Of a stretch of DNA of 64,000 nucleotides, positions 47,548 to 60,211 are shown piece by piece. Positions within the stretch are counted from its first letter, which is position 1; each line of letters opens with the position of its first letter. A model generated the notes under the pieces. It made no database searches. It saw nothing but the letters and a program-made list of their open reading frames with translations, and was not told where the DNA came from. The DNA lies in NCBI GenBank assembly GCA_949358305.1, contig OX442314.1, positions 7,936,001 through 8,000,000 of the forward strand, in the 5' to 3' direction. A program made the position numbers and the translations under genes. This stretch comes from Strigamia acuminata (Eukaryota).

Positions 47548-50414
47548 TTACTTTTTGCGTTTCCTATCTTGCTTTGGCTGTATATTTTCATTACCCGTTG
47601 TTTGGTGATTGTTTTCTTCTGTTTGCTCATCAATTATTTCGTCTTGATTTCTTTTCTTTTGTAATGCAATATTTTTATTTTCTTTCTGTTTGGTTTGAGC
47701 ATTTAGAATATAGTCAGGGTCTCGTATCGGCATATTCCTTGTATGCCTGGGGTCCACAATTTCGGGCAACAAACAGTTTAAATAAAATTTGTCCAATTGT
47801 TCCTTCATGTTGTTTTCCCAAAATGCGTCATCTCTTACAATTTCTTCAACTGACATTCCCAAAGGTGTCCATAAAACAAAATAACACTTTAATTTTCTAG
47901 TAATGTGCAGCTGTCCCTGAATTTGGTAATAATACTCATGGGTCGGTTTTAGGAATAGCTTGCCGTTTTGAATTGAGCAGTAAGTGATTTTTTTTCCCTC
48001 AACTGCCTGCAAAGGTGTCAAATTCTTCGCACATGATGGGCACTTCACTTCAACAATTGCATCTGTTCCAATTATGGCATCAGGACTGGCTCCCAAGTAT
48101 CCCTTCTCCAGATCCACAAATAGCCCACATGCAATTGTTTTCAACCCATACACTTGTTCAAACTTTGCTATAGCAAATGGCTCACTGTCATTTCCATAAC
48201 GCATGCCCTGAGTTTTTACAGCAGAATATAAAATGGTATGAACATTGGTTTTGCATGAAGTTGAAGGCCTCATTTTACAGATTTTTCCGTACACTGAGGC
48301 TGTCAATCTTCGTTGTCGTTCCTGCAGCCAAACAGGTGACATGGCTTGACCAACAGTTATCTTTTCTATGTCGTTCCTCTGATCTAAAGAGACTTGTAAA
48401 CTTTTCAGTATCTTCTTTTTTTCCTCTTCATAGATTGTGGTGTCCATGTCAGGTTGTTGGGCATTCTTTCCATAATCTGCATCTCCCATTGGTAGAATGT
48501 TTGAAGTTTTCTTTCGTGGTTTCAGAGCAGCAGCCTTTCGTGCTTCAATGTTATAGTTTTTTTTATCTTGACGTCTGCTAATAAATGAAGCAGTGAATTT
48601 CCTAGGACTGCGGTTAAACATCACTTCATGAACTCTGCCGTGTAGGTTGTTGTTGGAGTTGATTGAAACTACAGCAGCTTCACAACGACTTTGGTATGAG
48701 TGCCCACGACTGAAGTTAACTCGTTTTCCTCCTATAAACTTTGCTATTACTGAATTCGCATTTTCCACTATATTGTTAGTCACATCGTGGATTAAGCTAA
48801 AAGCATTATTATGCACTCTTTCCACTACTTTTAGCATCTCTGAAAAAAGTCCTGTTGCTGACAATTGCTGTACGAGGTTTGTTTCACTTTCTTTTGGCCC
48901 AGAGCAAAAATAATTAGCACAGTTAGTGTGGTCACCAAACACGTGATACGGGCCATTTTTAACATCCTTCTTCAGTAATTGTGTTCTTTCAGAAAGTGTT
49001 AATTCATTTTGTTGCTTTCGATACTGAACTGCTTTTTGCACAGCAGTTCTAAGACGGAGTACTTGTCCACTAATAATTCGTCGTAGTGCTGGTGTTCCCA
49101 GCTTGGTGTTGCCTGCAATATCTCTGATCTTATTACAATAGTTTCGCAGAATGTGATTTCGACATTCTATTTTTTCAATGATCAAAGCATGTCCGTACGG
49201 CATTGCATCCAAAAGTCTTTTGTAGACACTACTATCTCCATCTCCGATAAGCCGAGCGAATCTGACGCCATGCATTTCCAAACTTCGTTGAAAGCCTTCA
49301 ACAATTCCATCGGCTTCCATCCCACCAGAACTACCTGTCCAGTTTTTGTAACATCGATGTTCAGGTGTAGTTTCTTGCTTTGTGTCATAAAAGGTACAAG
49401 TCGAGCAGTACTTATTCCTTATTGCAGCAAACAGAATTTTTTTAGTTCTGGCACCCATTATTATTGCCTGAAATGTGCAAAAATTAAGAAATTTTAAAAA
49501 AAGTATAAAAAATAAATTTCCGATTGTTACCACGCCAGATGAAGAGTTGTATTTCGTTCCGTAAGAACGAGTTGCCCAAGAACCATCAGCAATCACAGTT
49601 ATCAGTGGAATTCCATCAGTGTCCAAATCACTGCTTGCAGTAGCAAGTTCTGCTTCTTCTTTCCCAGCTGAAATCATTTCTTCCATTGCTGCTTTCTGAT
49701 ACACATTTCCCAGAGTTGCCTGAGTCTTATTGTATGTTTGTTTTGCCATAACTGGCACATCAAGCACAGCCAGGACTTCTTCTAATTGGGAATAGCCACC
49801 TCCTGTTGTTAATATTCCCGAAACTGCAGATTCATTCGAATTCATTTTCCCATCATCGATGGGTTCACTCCGTATCTTCTTACGTAAATTACACAGTTTG
49901 CACACAAATGTCCAAACTGTATGCAGCCCTTCCCTGCTTTCATTGACAAGGTCCATATCTTTAAATGAGCAGTCAAATGGATCGTGATCTGATATGGTTT
50001 TGATAGCAGAAAATACATGTCCTATGTCAACAATACGTCGACCCAAGTAACTGAAAAAAAATAATTTTGTAACACAGTAAAAGAATTGACTTTGTGATGT
50101 ATGAATACCTTTCACTTTCTTGGCTGTATGAACCAGCAACTTCATCACTGATTGGTGTATTCATCTCTATAGGAGAGTCACCTCCTTGATTTCGACCAGG
50201 CCTAGGTGTTGAACATAACTCTCCAATTTTAAGATGTGCACTGTCAAATTCATCAGTAGAATTTGGCAATTGAAATGAATGATCACTTCCATGATCAACA
50301 GCACATTCATTTGCAATTGGAGTATTCTCATTTTGAAAACTCAAATGTGACAGTAGCATTGAATCCATTTCTGACTGCCCATCAATTTCAATGCTTTCAG
50401 GATCCTCGAATTCA
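47548..50414 (-). CDS. Spliced DDE transposase fused to a C-terminal YqaJ/lambda-exonuclease (PD-D/ExK) domain
   Basis: ADGSW..RS, KNW.GSS..ME, IGDGDSS, ECRNH, TNN..E; RLTAS, LGASPD..VEVKCP, YYYQIQGQL; in-frame introns 49468-49530 and 50051-50108; possible first exon from ATG 52667. Confidence 0.85.
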
Positions 50415-53185
50415 CTATTAATTTTTTTTTAAAATACAAATTAATGTTGGGTCAATTATTTTTAAAGTTTTTATATTTTTATATTTGTCTTGCATAAAAT
50501 CGCACCTAATCTGGCCCAAAATTGCCACCAAAACTGGTCCAAATGCATAAAATCGCACCAAATCTGGCCCAAAATCGTACCAAATTCGACCCAAAATCGC
50601 ACCTAACCTGGCCCAAAATTTCAACCAAAACTGGTCCAAAATTGTATAAAAGTGTCCCCAAAATCTCAGAAACATTGACCAAAAATAGTTTAAATTATTG
50701 GCCAAAATCGAACAAAATTTTGCACAAAACAGCTAATTTCATTGCCATAATCGTACAACTTCTTGCCAACAATAAAGGGCAAGAAGTTCCCCAAAATCGC
50801 AGCAAATCTTGGCCTAAATTGCACCAAAACTGGCCCAAGATGGCACATAATCTCTGGCCCAAGATTGCACATAATCTGGCCAAAAATCGCAACAAATTCT
50901 ACCCAAAATCGCAACAAATCTTGCACAAAATCACAACAAATCTTGTACAAAATCGGTTGAAATCATTCCCAAAATCACACGATTACTTGCCAATAATAAT
51001 TCACGGCTTATTGCCGCATATTCACAGCATATTTGTTGCCAAACATCTCATAAATATTGGCCAAAAATCGCTTTGAAACTGGCCAAAAAGCGCCTGAAAA
51101 CAGACCCGAAACGCATAAAAAATGGCCAAAAATTGGAAGAAATCTTGCCCAAAATCGTATGACATTTGGTACAAAAACAAATAAAATCTTTGACAAAATT
51201 TTTATATCTTTATTTCTGTCTTGCCTAAAAATCGTATAAAATATTCCCAAAAATCGCACCAGAATTGGTGGTCAAACATCGCATAAATATTGGCCAAAAA
51301 GCGCATGAAAACAGCTGTTGTGACCATCGCTGCCATACAACGCGTGTGTGTTGCAATTTGTGCAATTTGTGTTTTGTTTGGTGATTTTTATTAAAATTTA
51401 TAAATATAAATATACAAATGCATTTGCAATTTTTTTTTACGGAAATTAGTAGAAAACCGGCCGACAGTAGACAGCTGATGGCCGCGACAGCTGACTGCCG
51501 ACAGTCGACGTCCAACAGTCGAAAACGTATGGCCAACATCGAAAACGTACGGCCGCAAATTCGTGTCAAATTTGCCGCCAATCTCAAACAAATTCCCCGC
51601 CAATCTCAAACAAATTTCCCTCAAAAACGTGTCAAATTTGCCGCCAATCTCAAACAAATTCCCCTCAAAAACGTGTCAAATTTGCGCAAAAACGTGTCAA
51701 ATTTGCCGCCAATCTCAAACAAATTCCCCGCCAATCTCAAACAAATTTCCCTCAAAAACGTGTCAAATTTGCCGCCAATCTCCAACAAATTCCCCTCAAA
51801 AACGTGTCAAATTTGCCGCCAATCTCCAACAAATTCCCCGCCAATCTCAAACAAATTCCCCTCAAATTCCCCTGCAAACACCTATAAAATTTGCCGGAAA
51901 AACGTGTCGCATGAAAACTGGCCAAAACTCGCATGAAAACTAGCCAAAAAGTGCATAAAAACAGCTGTCGACAGTCGACGTCCAACAGTCGAAAACGTAT
52001 GGCCCGCCAATCTCAAACAAATTCCCCGCCAATCGGCAGTCAGCTGTCGTGACCATCGCTGCCATACACCGAGTGTGTGTTGCAATTTGTGCAATTTATG
52101 TTTTGTTTCGTGATTTTTATTACAATTTATAAAAAAAAATATATATATACAAATGCCGCGACAGCTGACGGCCGACAGTCGTCGGCCAACAGTTGAAAAC
52201 GTATGGCTGACATCGAAAACGTACGGCCGACATCGAAAACGTACGGCCGACAGTCGAAAGCTGACGGTCGACAGTCAAAAACGTACGGCCGACAGTCAAT
52301 GTAGTGATTGCCAAAGAAATGAGCGGTGACGAAGTGATTGCCAAAGAAATGAGCGGTGACGAAGTGATTGCCAAAGCAATGATTGGCGACGAAGAGATTG
52401 ACGATGAAATGATGGCGCCGAAGTAATCCATCAATAAATTTGGGTGAAAATTTAGGGTTTTTTTTGGTTAGGCATCGAAATAATCGGCACCAAAGTGACC
52501 CGACATCCAAAAATATGACCCAGAATTAAAATAATATAAAATTTCAAATAAATAAATTACTTTTTAGTTTTTGGTAAGCCATAAAACTTTTTTAAGTGGT
52601 TACAGGTCCTCTTCTTTCGCCGAGCACTTTGCCAGATTCTTGCTTTTGTACTTTTTCTTTTTGACATTTTTTATGATTGCAATGGTCGTATTGAATCAAA
52701 AGAAAAAAAAATGATCTGTGAAATCATATGACTGAAAAATCACATGACTAAAAAATCACGTGACTAAATCATATTCCTACGCATGCTAAAGTAGTGTATC
52801 GGTACACTTCACTAATAGGTGGCAGCACAATCACATCTAAAACATTTGCTTCGTAATTTCAAGTTTACAGTAACAATTTCAAAAATTTTCATAAATAAAA
52901 ATTAATGCAACATATAAAATTGTTTTATCTAGGTTTCTATTACTTCTATTTTTAAAAAAAATAAAATTTTTTTTTTTAAAATCATGTTCTAATTTTAATG
53001 ATTGAAAAACAAATTGAACAAATATCACAAATGTAACATAATATAAACATTCAGTTTATTAATTAGTATTTAGAAAAAAAAAAAAGAAAAAAAAATATGC
53101 AATAGTCATTTAGCTATGACGAAACTAAGACCGCCTTGTAGCATCAGAAAACAGGCAAGATGGCGGGTAGGCTAGCCCCTTAACA

Positions 53186-53549
53186 GAGAAAAATTTTGAC
53201 ATTTTTGAGAAAAATTTTGACCTTTTTGAGAAAAATTTTGACATTTTTGAGAAAAATTTTGACATTTTTGAGAAAAATTTTGACATTTTTGAGAAAAATT
53301 TTGACATTTTTGAGAAAAATTTTGACATTTTTGAGAAAAATTTTGACATTTTTGAGAAAAATTTTGACATTTTTGAGAAAAATTTTGACATTTTTGAGAA
53401 AAATTTTGACATTTTTGAGAAAAATTTTGACATTTTTGAGAAAAATTTTGACATTTCTGAGAAAAATTTTGACATTTTTGAGAAAAATTTTGACATTTTT
53501 GAGAAAAATTTTGACATTTTTGAGAAAAATTTTGACATTTTTGAGAAAA
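53186..53549. repeat. 21-bp minisatellite GAGAAAAATTTTGACATTTTT (~17 copies)
   Basis: Direct tandem periodicity. Confidence 0.97.
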
Positions 53550-53969
53550 AAATATCGAGGGGATTGCCAACTGCTACAGAGGGTACTAGCTGATACTCGT
53601 AATTATTTTATTGCATTATTAATTGAAAGTTACATTCAAATCACTTGCGTGTAATAACAAACGGAATAAAGTGTATGGCAATACAATACAATTAATTTTT
53701 GTTTTTAAAAGGATAATTATGTAGTTCATACGTACATTTTGAAAGTGCCACCGAACGACGGTTCACAGCATTACAGAATTTTTAAATTGTTAATATTTTA
53801 GTAATTTCTAACAAGAATCCAATTTTAAATAACGAAATTCACAACATTGAAATAACATTGTTTCATCATCTGTAATTTAAAAAAAATGAAATACAATTAT
53901 GTATTCTATGTGTCAGCAACTGACAAAAAGATTTAAAACATTCTTGCATACTGATAGCTTTTATTCAAC

Positions 53970-56900
53970 TCATTTTTTATCACCTCTTTTGAACCAAATA
54001 AAAAACTTTCTACGCAGATACCAATTGCTAGTGTTTAAAATCCAAACGTAGAGAGAAATCAATGACATTCCCAAACCTAATCCCACAATGCTGCCTACAT
54101 CGCTTAACAATTGCGATAGTTGATATGACTGTTTCTCTTCTGAAGTCATTATAAAATTGTCACTAAAAGCAACGATTATCAGTGTGCTAGACCCATAAAC
54201 TCTTTTATTCCCCACAATAATGGTTTCGTAATAAATCTTTTCGCAAGGTTGTTTACATTTGCATTGTTTTTGATTCGAGTTATAATTATTTAAGTACGTT
54301 AAATGAGCGGTAGTGATTTCTTTTGTTGAGTTACAGGCTGGCAAATTCGGTCTCCCTATATAAGGTAATCTGAAACAAACCAGTTTGATGAATAGTTAAT
54401 CTGCCGACAAGGTTTATGTTGGTAAACTTGTGACGATGTCGACCACAACTCCTATCGCGTTTATAGTACCGGGTAAAAGTCGCGCTCAAGTGAATAATAA
54501 TACGAGATAAATAAAGTATGAACGAGTTATCAAAACAACTACTCCCTCTGTCCCAAATTATGGTATACATTTGGGGTGTTTTTTCTGTCCCAAATTATGG
54601 TATACATTTCTAGTTTTATTTGATTTTTATCATTAAAAATAAAAAATAAATACAAAATTAATTTAATTAAGTTAAATTATTAATAAATTAAGTCAACAAT
54701 AAACAATGTGGAGTAAACAATAACAATAAATAATACTCCCTAACAATAATAACAATAGTGATTAACAATGAAAATTTTGTCGTGCAGTATCAAGTGCATC
54801 CTGACTGCATGTGTTGAAGTTTGTAATTGTTGCCACCTTTTGCTGTCATCACTGACTCCATACAGCATTGTAGTGTCAAAAATACGTTGTCAAGTTTGTC
54901 TTTGTTTAATTCATTGAATGCATTCTGTACACATTCAATTAATTTGTCAATTGATTTTGGTGAAGCTTTGTGTTGTAATGATTGGATTGAATTGAAAAAT
55001 CCAAGATCTAAAACGTTTAGGTCTGGACTATTTGGTGGCTGTGATTTAAATTGAATACACCATCCATCTTTTGATCCTTCGGCCAACAAAACAGCATCAT
55101 TGTCACTACTCACTAGAATGGGGTTTGGCGTTATCTTGCTGCACAAAGATGGGCTTGCGTTTATTTGCGACTGGGAATTTATTTCTAATAGCTGGAAAAA
55201 CATTTTCCATCATCATTTTTTTACACATTAGCAGGAATATGTCCTTCATTATATTGTCTTTTAACTTCTTGCCAAATTCGTGAAATAGTTAGTCTAGTAA
55301 CTCCAAGTTTTCCTGCAATTTCATTAATGGCGCCACGACTCAACTTATTTCTTACATTGCTTCGTTTTAGCAAGAGTTGCAGTATATAATTTCGCTGATT
55401 ATCAGTTAATTGCTTCTTTTTGGTCACTTTTCTTTGCAAACAGCCATTTTCTGAATTCATTTTTATTTTATTTGAAGCACAACAGGTGCCATTTAAATTT
55501 GAGCCCATTTTGAGAAAATTCAATTCAGCAATAATGGAACAATAAACTAATTACCCATAATGCCACCTAGTGATCAGAAAGTGCACTTAATTTGAAAGAT
55601 TATTCATTTAAAATATCTTAAAATTATACAAAACTAACGATAATCGAGAATTTTTTATAGAAATGTATACCATAATTTGGGACAGAGGGAGTACATTTTA
55701 TTGGTACCATCCAATACAATAAACACTGAATTATACAGAGTGGAAGAAAAGTCTGTTCCCCTCAAATATTTCCCGAGCAATTGCATTTAGGCCAACTTTG
55801 ATGAAGCAATCGTATAGGAAGTTGGGTGAGAGCAATCCAATGATGTCATCAAATTTGACCTTGTAGGTCATTTTCAAAGTCATTTACTTGCTAACTTCTA
55901 AACCAATCAGGTTAGAGCAAAATTTCCAATTACAAAGTTGTAGAGCACCATCAAATTAGTACTATCCAGAGAGTTCGACTTGCCATGCAGAACGGTATCG
56001 CGCATGGCCTACGCAGCAGTATGGTCATCCATGAAATGGTAGACGGTACTGCGTACGCAGGGGGTTATAGCACGTGGCTCCACACAGCAGTTTAATCATC
56101 TGGGGTACTAATAGCAGACAGACTTAGTTGGCACCAAATACAATGGAAATCAGTTTACCAAACACATGGTGCTACTTGCGGTTACTGCGTACAGACTTTT
56201 TTGGCACCATCAGGTGATGGAACCAATTTCCGATAACACCGGTGCTACTGGCGGTAACGGAATGTTGTTATACCGCAAATGACCACTCAGCCCTGACAGG
56301 AGAATACCAAATGCACACAGGAGGGTATGCTCGTCGAGGCCTTCAATTGACGGGGGCTGCATTATTCTGTAGAATAATGCAACGGTTTCAAGAGATACGC
56401 AAATCACCATGAAACCAAATAACCAAAAACAAGATAAAACCGGGGGTTCACTTCCTGTTGTCAGGAAATACATACCCTTGGTGGGATTAAATCCCACCAA
56501 TCCCGTATAGCAGGAAATGGATACGGAAGAGCATAATTCGGATTATGCTAATCTTAGCTGAGAACCGGAAATGGATACCGAGGACTGAGAATGAATTCCT
56601 AGAATGCATTCTGTTTCAATTCCTCAATCTCTCAATCCGAAATGTTCAATTTCTTCTGAGATTTGACGAGACTAATCGATTTCTTGGCAGATAATAATAA
56701 TGTGTTTATATTACTGTTTTCAATTGTTCATCGGGTTTACAATAAATATTACGCATATTTATTTTAAGCATTTATAACTATCTAGGGTTGCACCGAATAT
56801 TCGGTTTATATTCGGTAATTCGGCCTATTCGGCCTAAAATATTTATTTATTTTAAAAATGATATTTTTAAAGGAAATATTGCATTTTTTCTGTAAAAATT

Positions 56901-59900
56901 GCTTTTCAGAGGCAAAAATTGCACTTTATAGGCAAAAAATCACACTATTGAGGCAAAAATCGCACTATTCAGGCAACATTCACTATTTTTAGGCAAAAAT
57001 TGCATTTCTTTCAGAAAAAGGAAATTTTTAACTTAAAAAATTACATTTTTTGGGTAAAAGGAATATTTTACAACGTAAAAACTGCATTTATTAGATAAAA
57101 AGTAAATTTTTTCAGCCAAAAATCACTTTTTTTCAACAAAAAATTTTTTTTTTTAAATATTTGGTTATTCGGCCTTTTTGGTATTCGGAGCAATCCTCAA
57201 CTATACTCCTTCCAACTACAAGTTGGGCTCTTCTCCCATTGGGCAAGCCTCACCACTCCTACTGTACTGCCACCAGGAAAAGTATTTTTTTTTTATTTTT
57301 TTATTGTTTGGATTATTCTAATGCTTCAAATGTTTAAATTTTATTTGTATTTTATAATAAAATGTTTTTTGCATAAGTTACATGTTTGTTTAGTTTATTG
57401 GTTGCTTTGTCAGGAAGCAAACAAGTTTGGAATTTATTTATTTAACCTAGGTAATCGATTACAATATCTGTACATCGATTACAATGTCTGTACATCGATT
57501 ACAATGTCTGTACATCGATTACAATGTCTGTACATCGATTACAATGTCTGTACATCGATTACAATGTCTGTACATCGATTACAATGTCTGTACATCGATT
57601 ACAATGTCTGTACATCGATTACAATGTCTGTACATCGATTACAATGTCTGTACATCGATTACAATGTCTGTACATCGATTACAATGTCTGTACATCGATT
57701 ACAATGTCTGTACATCGATTACAATGTCTGTACATCGATTACAATGTCTGTACATCGATTACAATGTCTGTACATCGATTACAATGTCTGTACATCGATT
57801 ACAATGTCTGTACATCGATTACAATGTCTGTACATCGATTACAATGTCTGTACATCGATTACAATGTCTGTACATCGATTACAATGTCTGTACATCGATT
57901 ACAATGTCTGTACATCGATTACAATGTCTGTACATCGATTACAATGTCTGTACATCGATTACAATGTCTGTACATCGATTACAATGTCTGTACATCGATT
58001 ACAATGTCTGTACATCGATTACAATGTCTGTACATCGATTACAATGTCTGTACATCGATTACAATGTCTGTACATCGATTACAATGTCTGTACATCGATT
58101 ACAATGTCTGTACATCGATTACAATGTCTGTACATCGATTACAATGTCTGTACATCGATTACAATGTCTGTACATCGATTACAATGTCTGTACATCGATT
58201 ACAATGTCTGTACATCGATTACAATGTCTGTACATCGATTACAATGTCTGTACATCGATTACAATGTCTGTACATCGATTACAATGTCTGTACATCGATT
58301 ACAATGTCTGTACATCGATTACAATGTCTGTACATCGATTACAATGTCTGTACATCGATTACAATGTCTGTACATCGATTACAATGTCTGTACATCGATT
58401 ACAATGTCTGTACATCGATTACAATGTCTGTACATCGATTACAATGTCTGTACATCGATTACAATGTCTGTACATCGATTACAATGTCTGTACATCGATT
58501 ACAATGTCTGTACATCGATTACAATGTCTGTACATCGATTACAATGTCTGTACATCGATTACAATGTCTGTACATCGATTACAATGTCTGTACATCGATT
58601 ACAATGTCTGTACATCGATTACAATGTCTGTACATCGATTACAATGTCTGTACATCGATTACAATGTCTGTACATCGATTACAATGTCTGTACATCGATT
58701 ACAATGTCTGTACATCGATTACAATGTCTGTACATCGATTACAATGTCTGTACATCGATTACAATGTCTGTACATCGATTACAATGTCTGTACATCGATT
58801 ACAATGTCTGTACATCGATTACAATGTCTGTACATCGATTACAATGTCTGTACATCGATTACAATGTCTGTACATCGATTACAATGTCTGTACATCGATT
58901 ACAATGTCTGTACATCGATTACAATGTCTGTACATCGATTACAATGTCTGTACATCGATTACAATGTCTGTACATCGATTACAATGTCTGTACATCGATT
59001 ACAATGTCTGTACATCGATTACAATGTCTGTACATCGATTACAATGTCTGTACATCGATTAAAATGTCTGTACATCGATTACAATGTCTGTACATCGATT
59101 ACAATGTCTGTACATCGATTACAATTCTGGTGTTTTGGTCTATTTTTTGTACCACTACACCAGTGAAATGGCTCGCCCAATGGGAGAAGGGCTCAACTTG
59201 TAGTTGGTTCGAGTATATATTCAAATTTGCCGGTACTATAACTTGTCGCCACCTATTGTTAGTGTAGCGCTTTGACAAATACGGTCTTTATTCCGTCACA
59301 AACTGGACAAAATCAGAATTGAGATGTGAAAGATCTGAAGCTAGCGTACCTGCAGTAAACAGTTTGAAGTAAATTGTTTTGGATGCAAGCATTTTTACAC
59401 TTGAAATAAGCAGTTTTGTTCTCTTCACAAGGATTTCGCTTTCTATTTCTTAGGACAGTCTATTGCATAAAATCTAACTTGTAAGTTATATGTGAGTAGG
59501 AATATGATTTGTGTAATTTTTTACCTTATGTAGTCGAAGAGTTACACCATTCACCCATCCATATTGTAAAGTCAAAGGTGCCAAAATATTAACTTCTTCT
59601 TCCAGATTATTTAGGAAAAACTGAAAAGTATTATAATTTAAAAATCGATCTGTAAGTATTGGATCAGCATAAATGACAAGATATAGTTAAACGATGTTTT
59701 CACTAAGGGAATGGTTTAGATTGAATTTTTTAATGAATAAAACTTACCGGTACCACAAATTGTATGAGAATTAGGTCCTGTGTGTGACGGGTTGGTGTAG
59801 TGTGCCTAACAGCACAGCCACACAGTAAGATGGGTGACCCAACCCCTAGACAATGATTAAAGGCCAAAACCCAACAATCTGAGTCCCTGTCTTGTTATTA

Positions 59901-60140
59901 CGTGATGTATGCGTCCCTCCCGCCGTGGTAAATCCCCATACCAGGGCGGGTAAGACCATATCGCAGCCATAGTGTTCTTAATATGTTTGGAATATATTTG
60001 GAATACATATCACTATTTTAAATTGTAATGATAGTTTTAATGACATTTATAATACAGGATGTTGGAGGACCTACTAGTAATTAAAAGGATTACAAAGTGT
60101 ACCTTTAGATGCTGATCACATACTTTTGAAGAAATTAGAT
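53970..60140 (-). CDS. 3' exons of a DEG/ENaC paralog of module 2 of the fused gene; 5' part lies beyond the Copia element / window end
   Basis: Exons ~60140-60103, 59620-59525, 59459-59350, 54369-53970; the two middle exons match the lengths (96, 110 nt) and sequence of 15350-15255 and 15181-15072; SQLLSDVGSIVGLGLGMS. Confidence 0.85.
54542..55691 (-). mobile_element. DD39D (plant-mariner/Stowaway-type) element, internally deleted
   Basis: 31-bp TIR CTCCCTCTGTCCCAAATTATGGTATACATTT, TA TSD; QPPNSPDLNVLDLGFFNSIQSLQ and an N-terminal HTH fragment. Confidence 0.9.
56783..57198. mobile_element. hAT-like MITE
   Basis: TAGGGTTGCACCGAATA ... TATTCGGAGCAATCCT imperfect TIR; ATTCGG subterminal repeats; TSD only approximate. 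Confidence 0.55.
57204..59215. mobile_element. MITE family, copy 4, containing an expanded tandem array
   Basis: TIRs CAACTACAAGTTGGGCTCTTCTCCCATTGGGC / GCCCAATGGGAGAAGGGCTCAACTTGTAGTTG. Confidence 0.8.
57454..59125. repeat. 20-bp tandem array ATCGATTACAATGTCTGTAC (~83 nearly perfect copies)
   Basis: Exact periodicity; only two variant units seen. Confidence 0.98.
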
Positions 60141-60211
60141 TTAATTCAATGTGAAATGCAACATATGGGTTGACTAATTTTTCTGAAAAACATTGGAAAG
60201 TCAGAATCAAT

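Larger units (their letters stand above)
46208..53179 (-). mobile_element. Full-length Kolobok-superfamily DNA transposon (lambda-exonuclease-encoding, KolobokE-like)
   Basis: 14-bp TIR GGGGCTAGCCTACC flanked by TTAA on both sides; internal transposase gene. Confidence 0.85.
54429..59300 (-). mobile_element. Solo LTR of a family related to the 24618-37784 Gypsy, with three nested insertions
   Basis: TGTGAC...GTCACA termini, 4-bp TSD AACT, collinear similarity to the 1653-bp LTR. Confidence 0.9.

Noticed and set aside
57321..59267. Long ORFs (648/560/512 aa) and a possible CRISPR-like array
   Set aside because: Pure 20-bp tandem repeat open in three frames; no unique spacers, no cas genes, eukaryotic context
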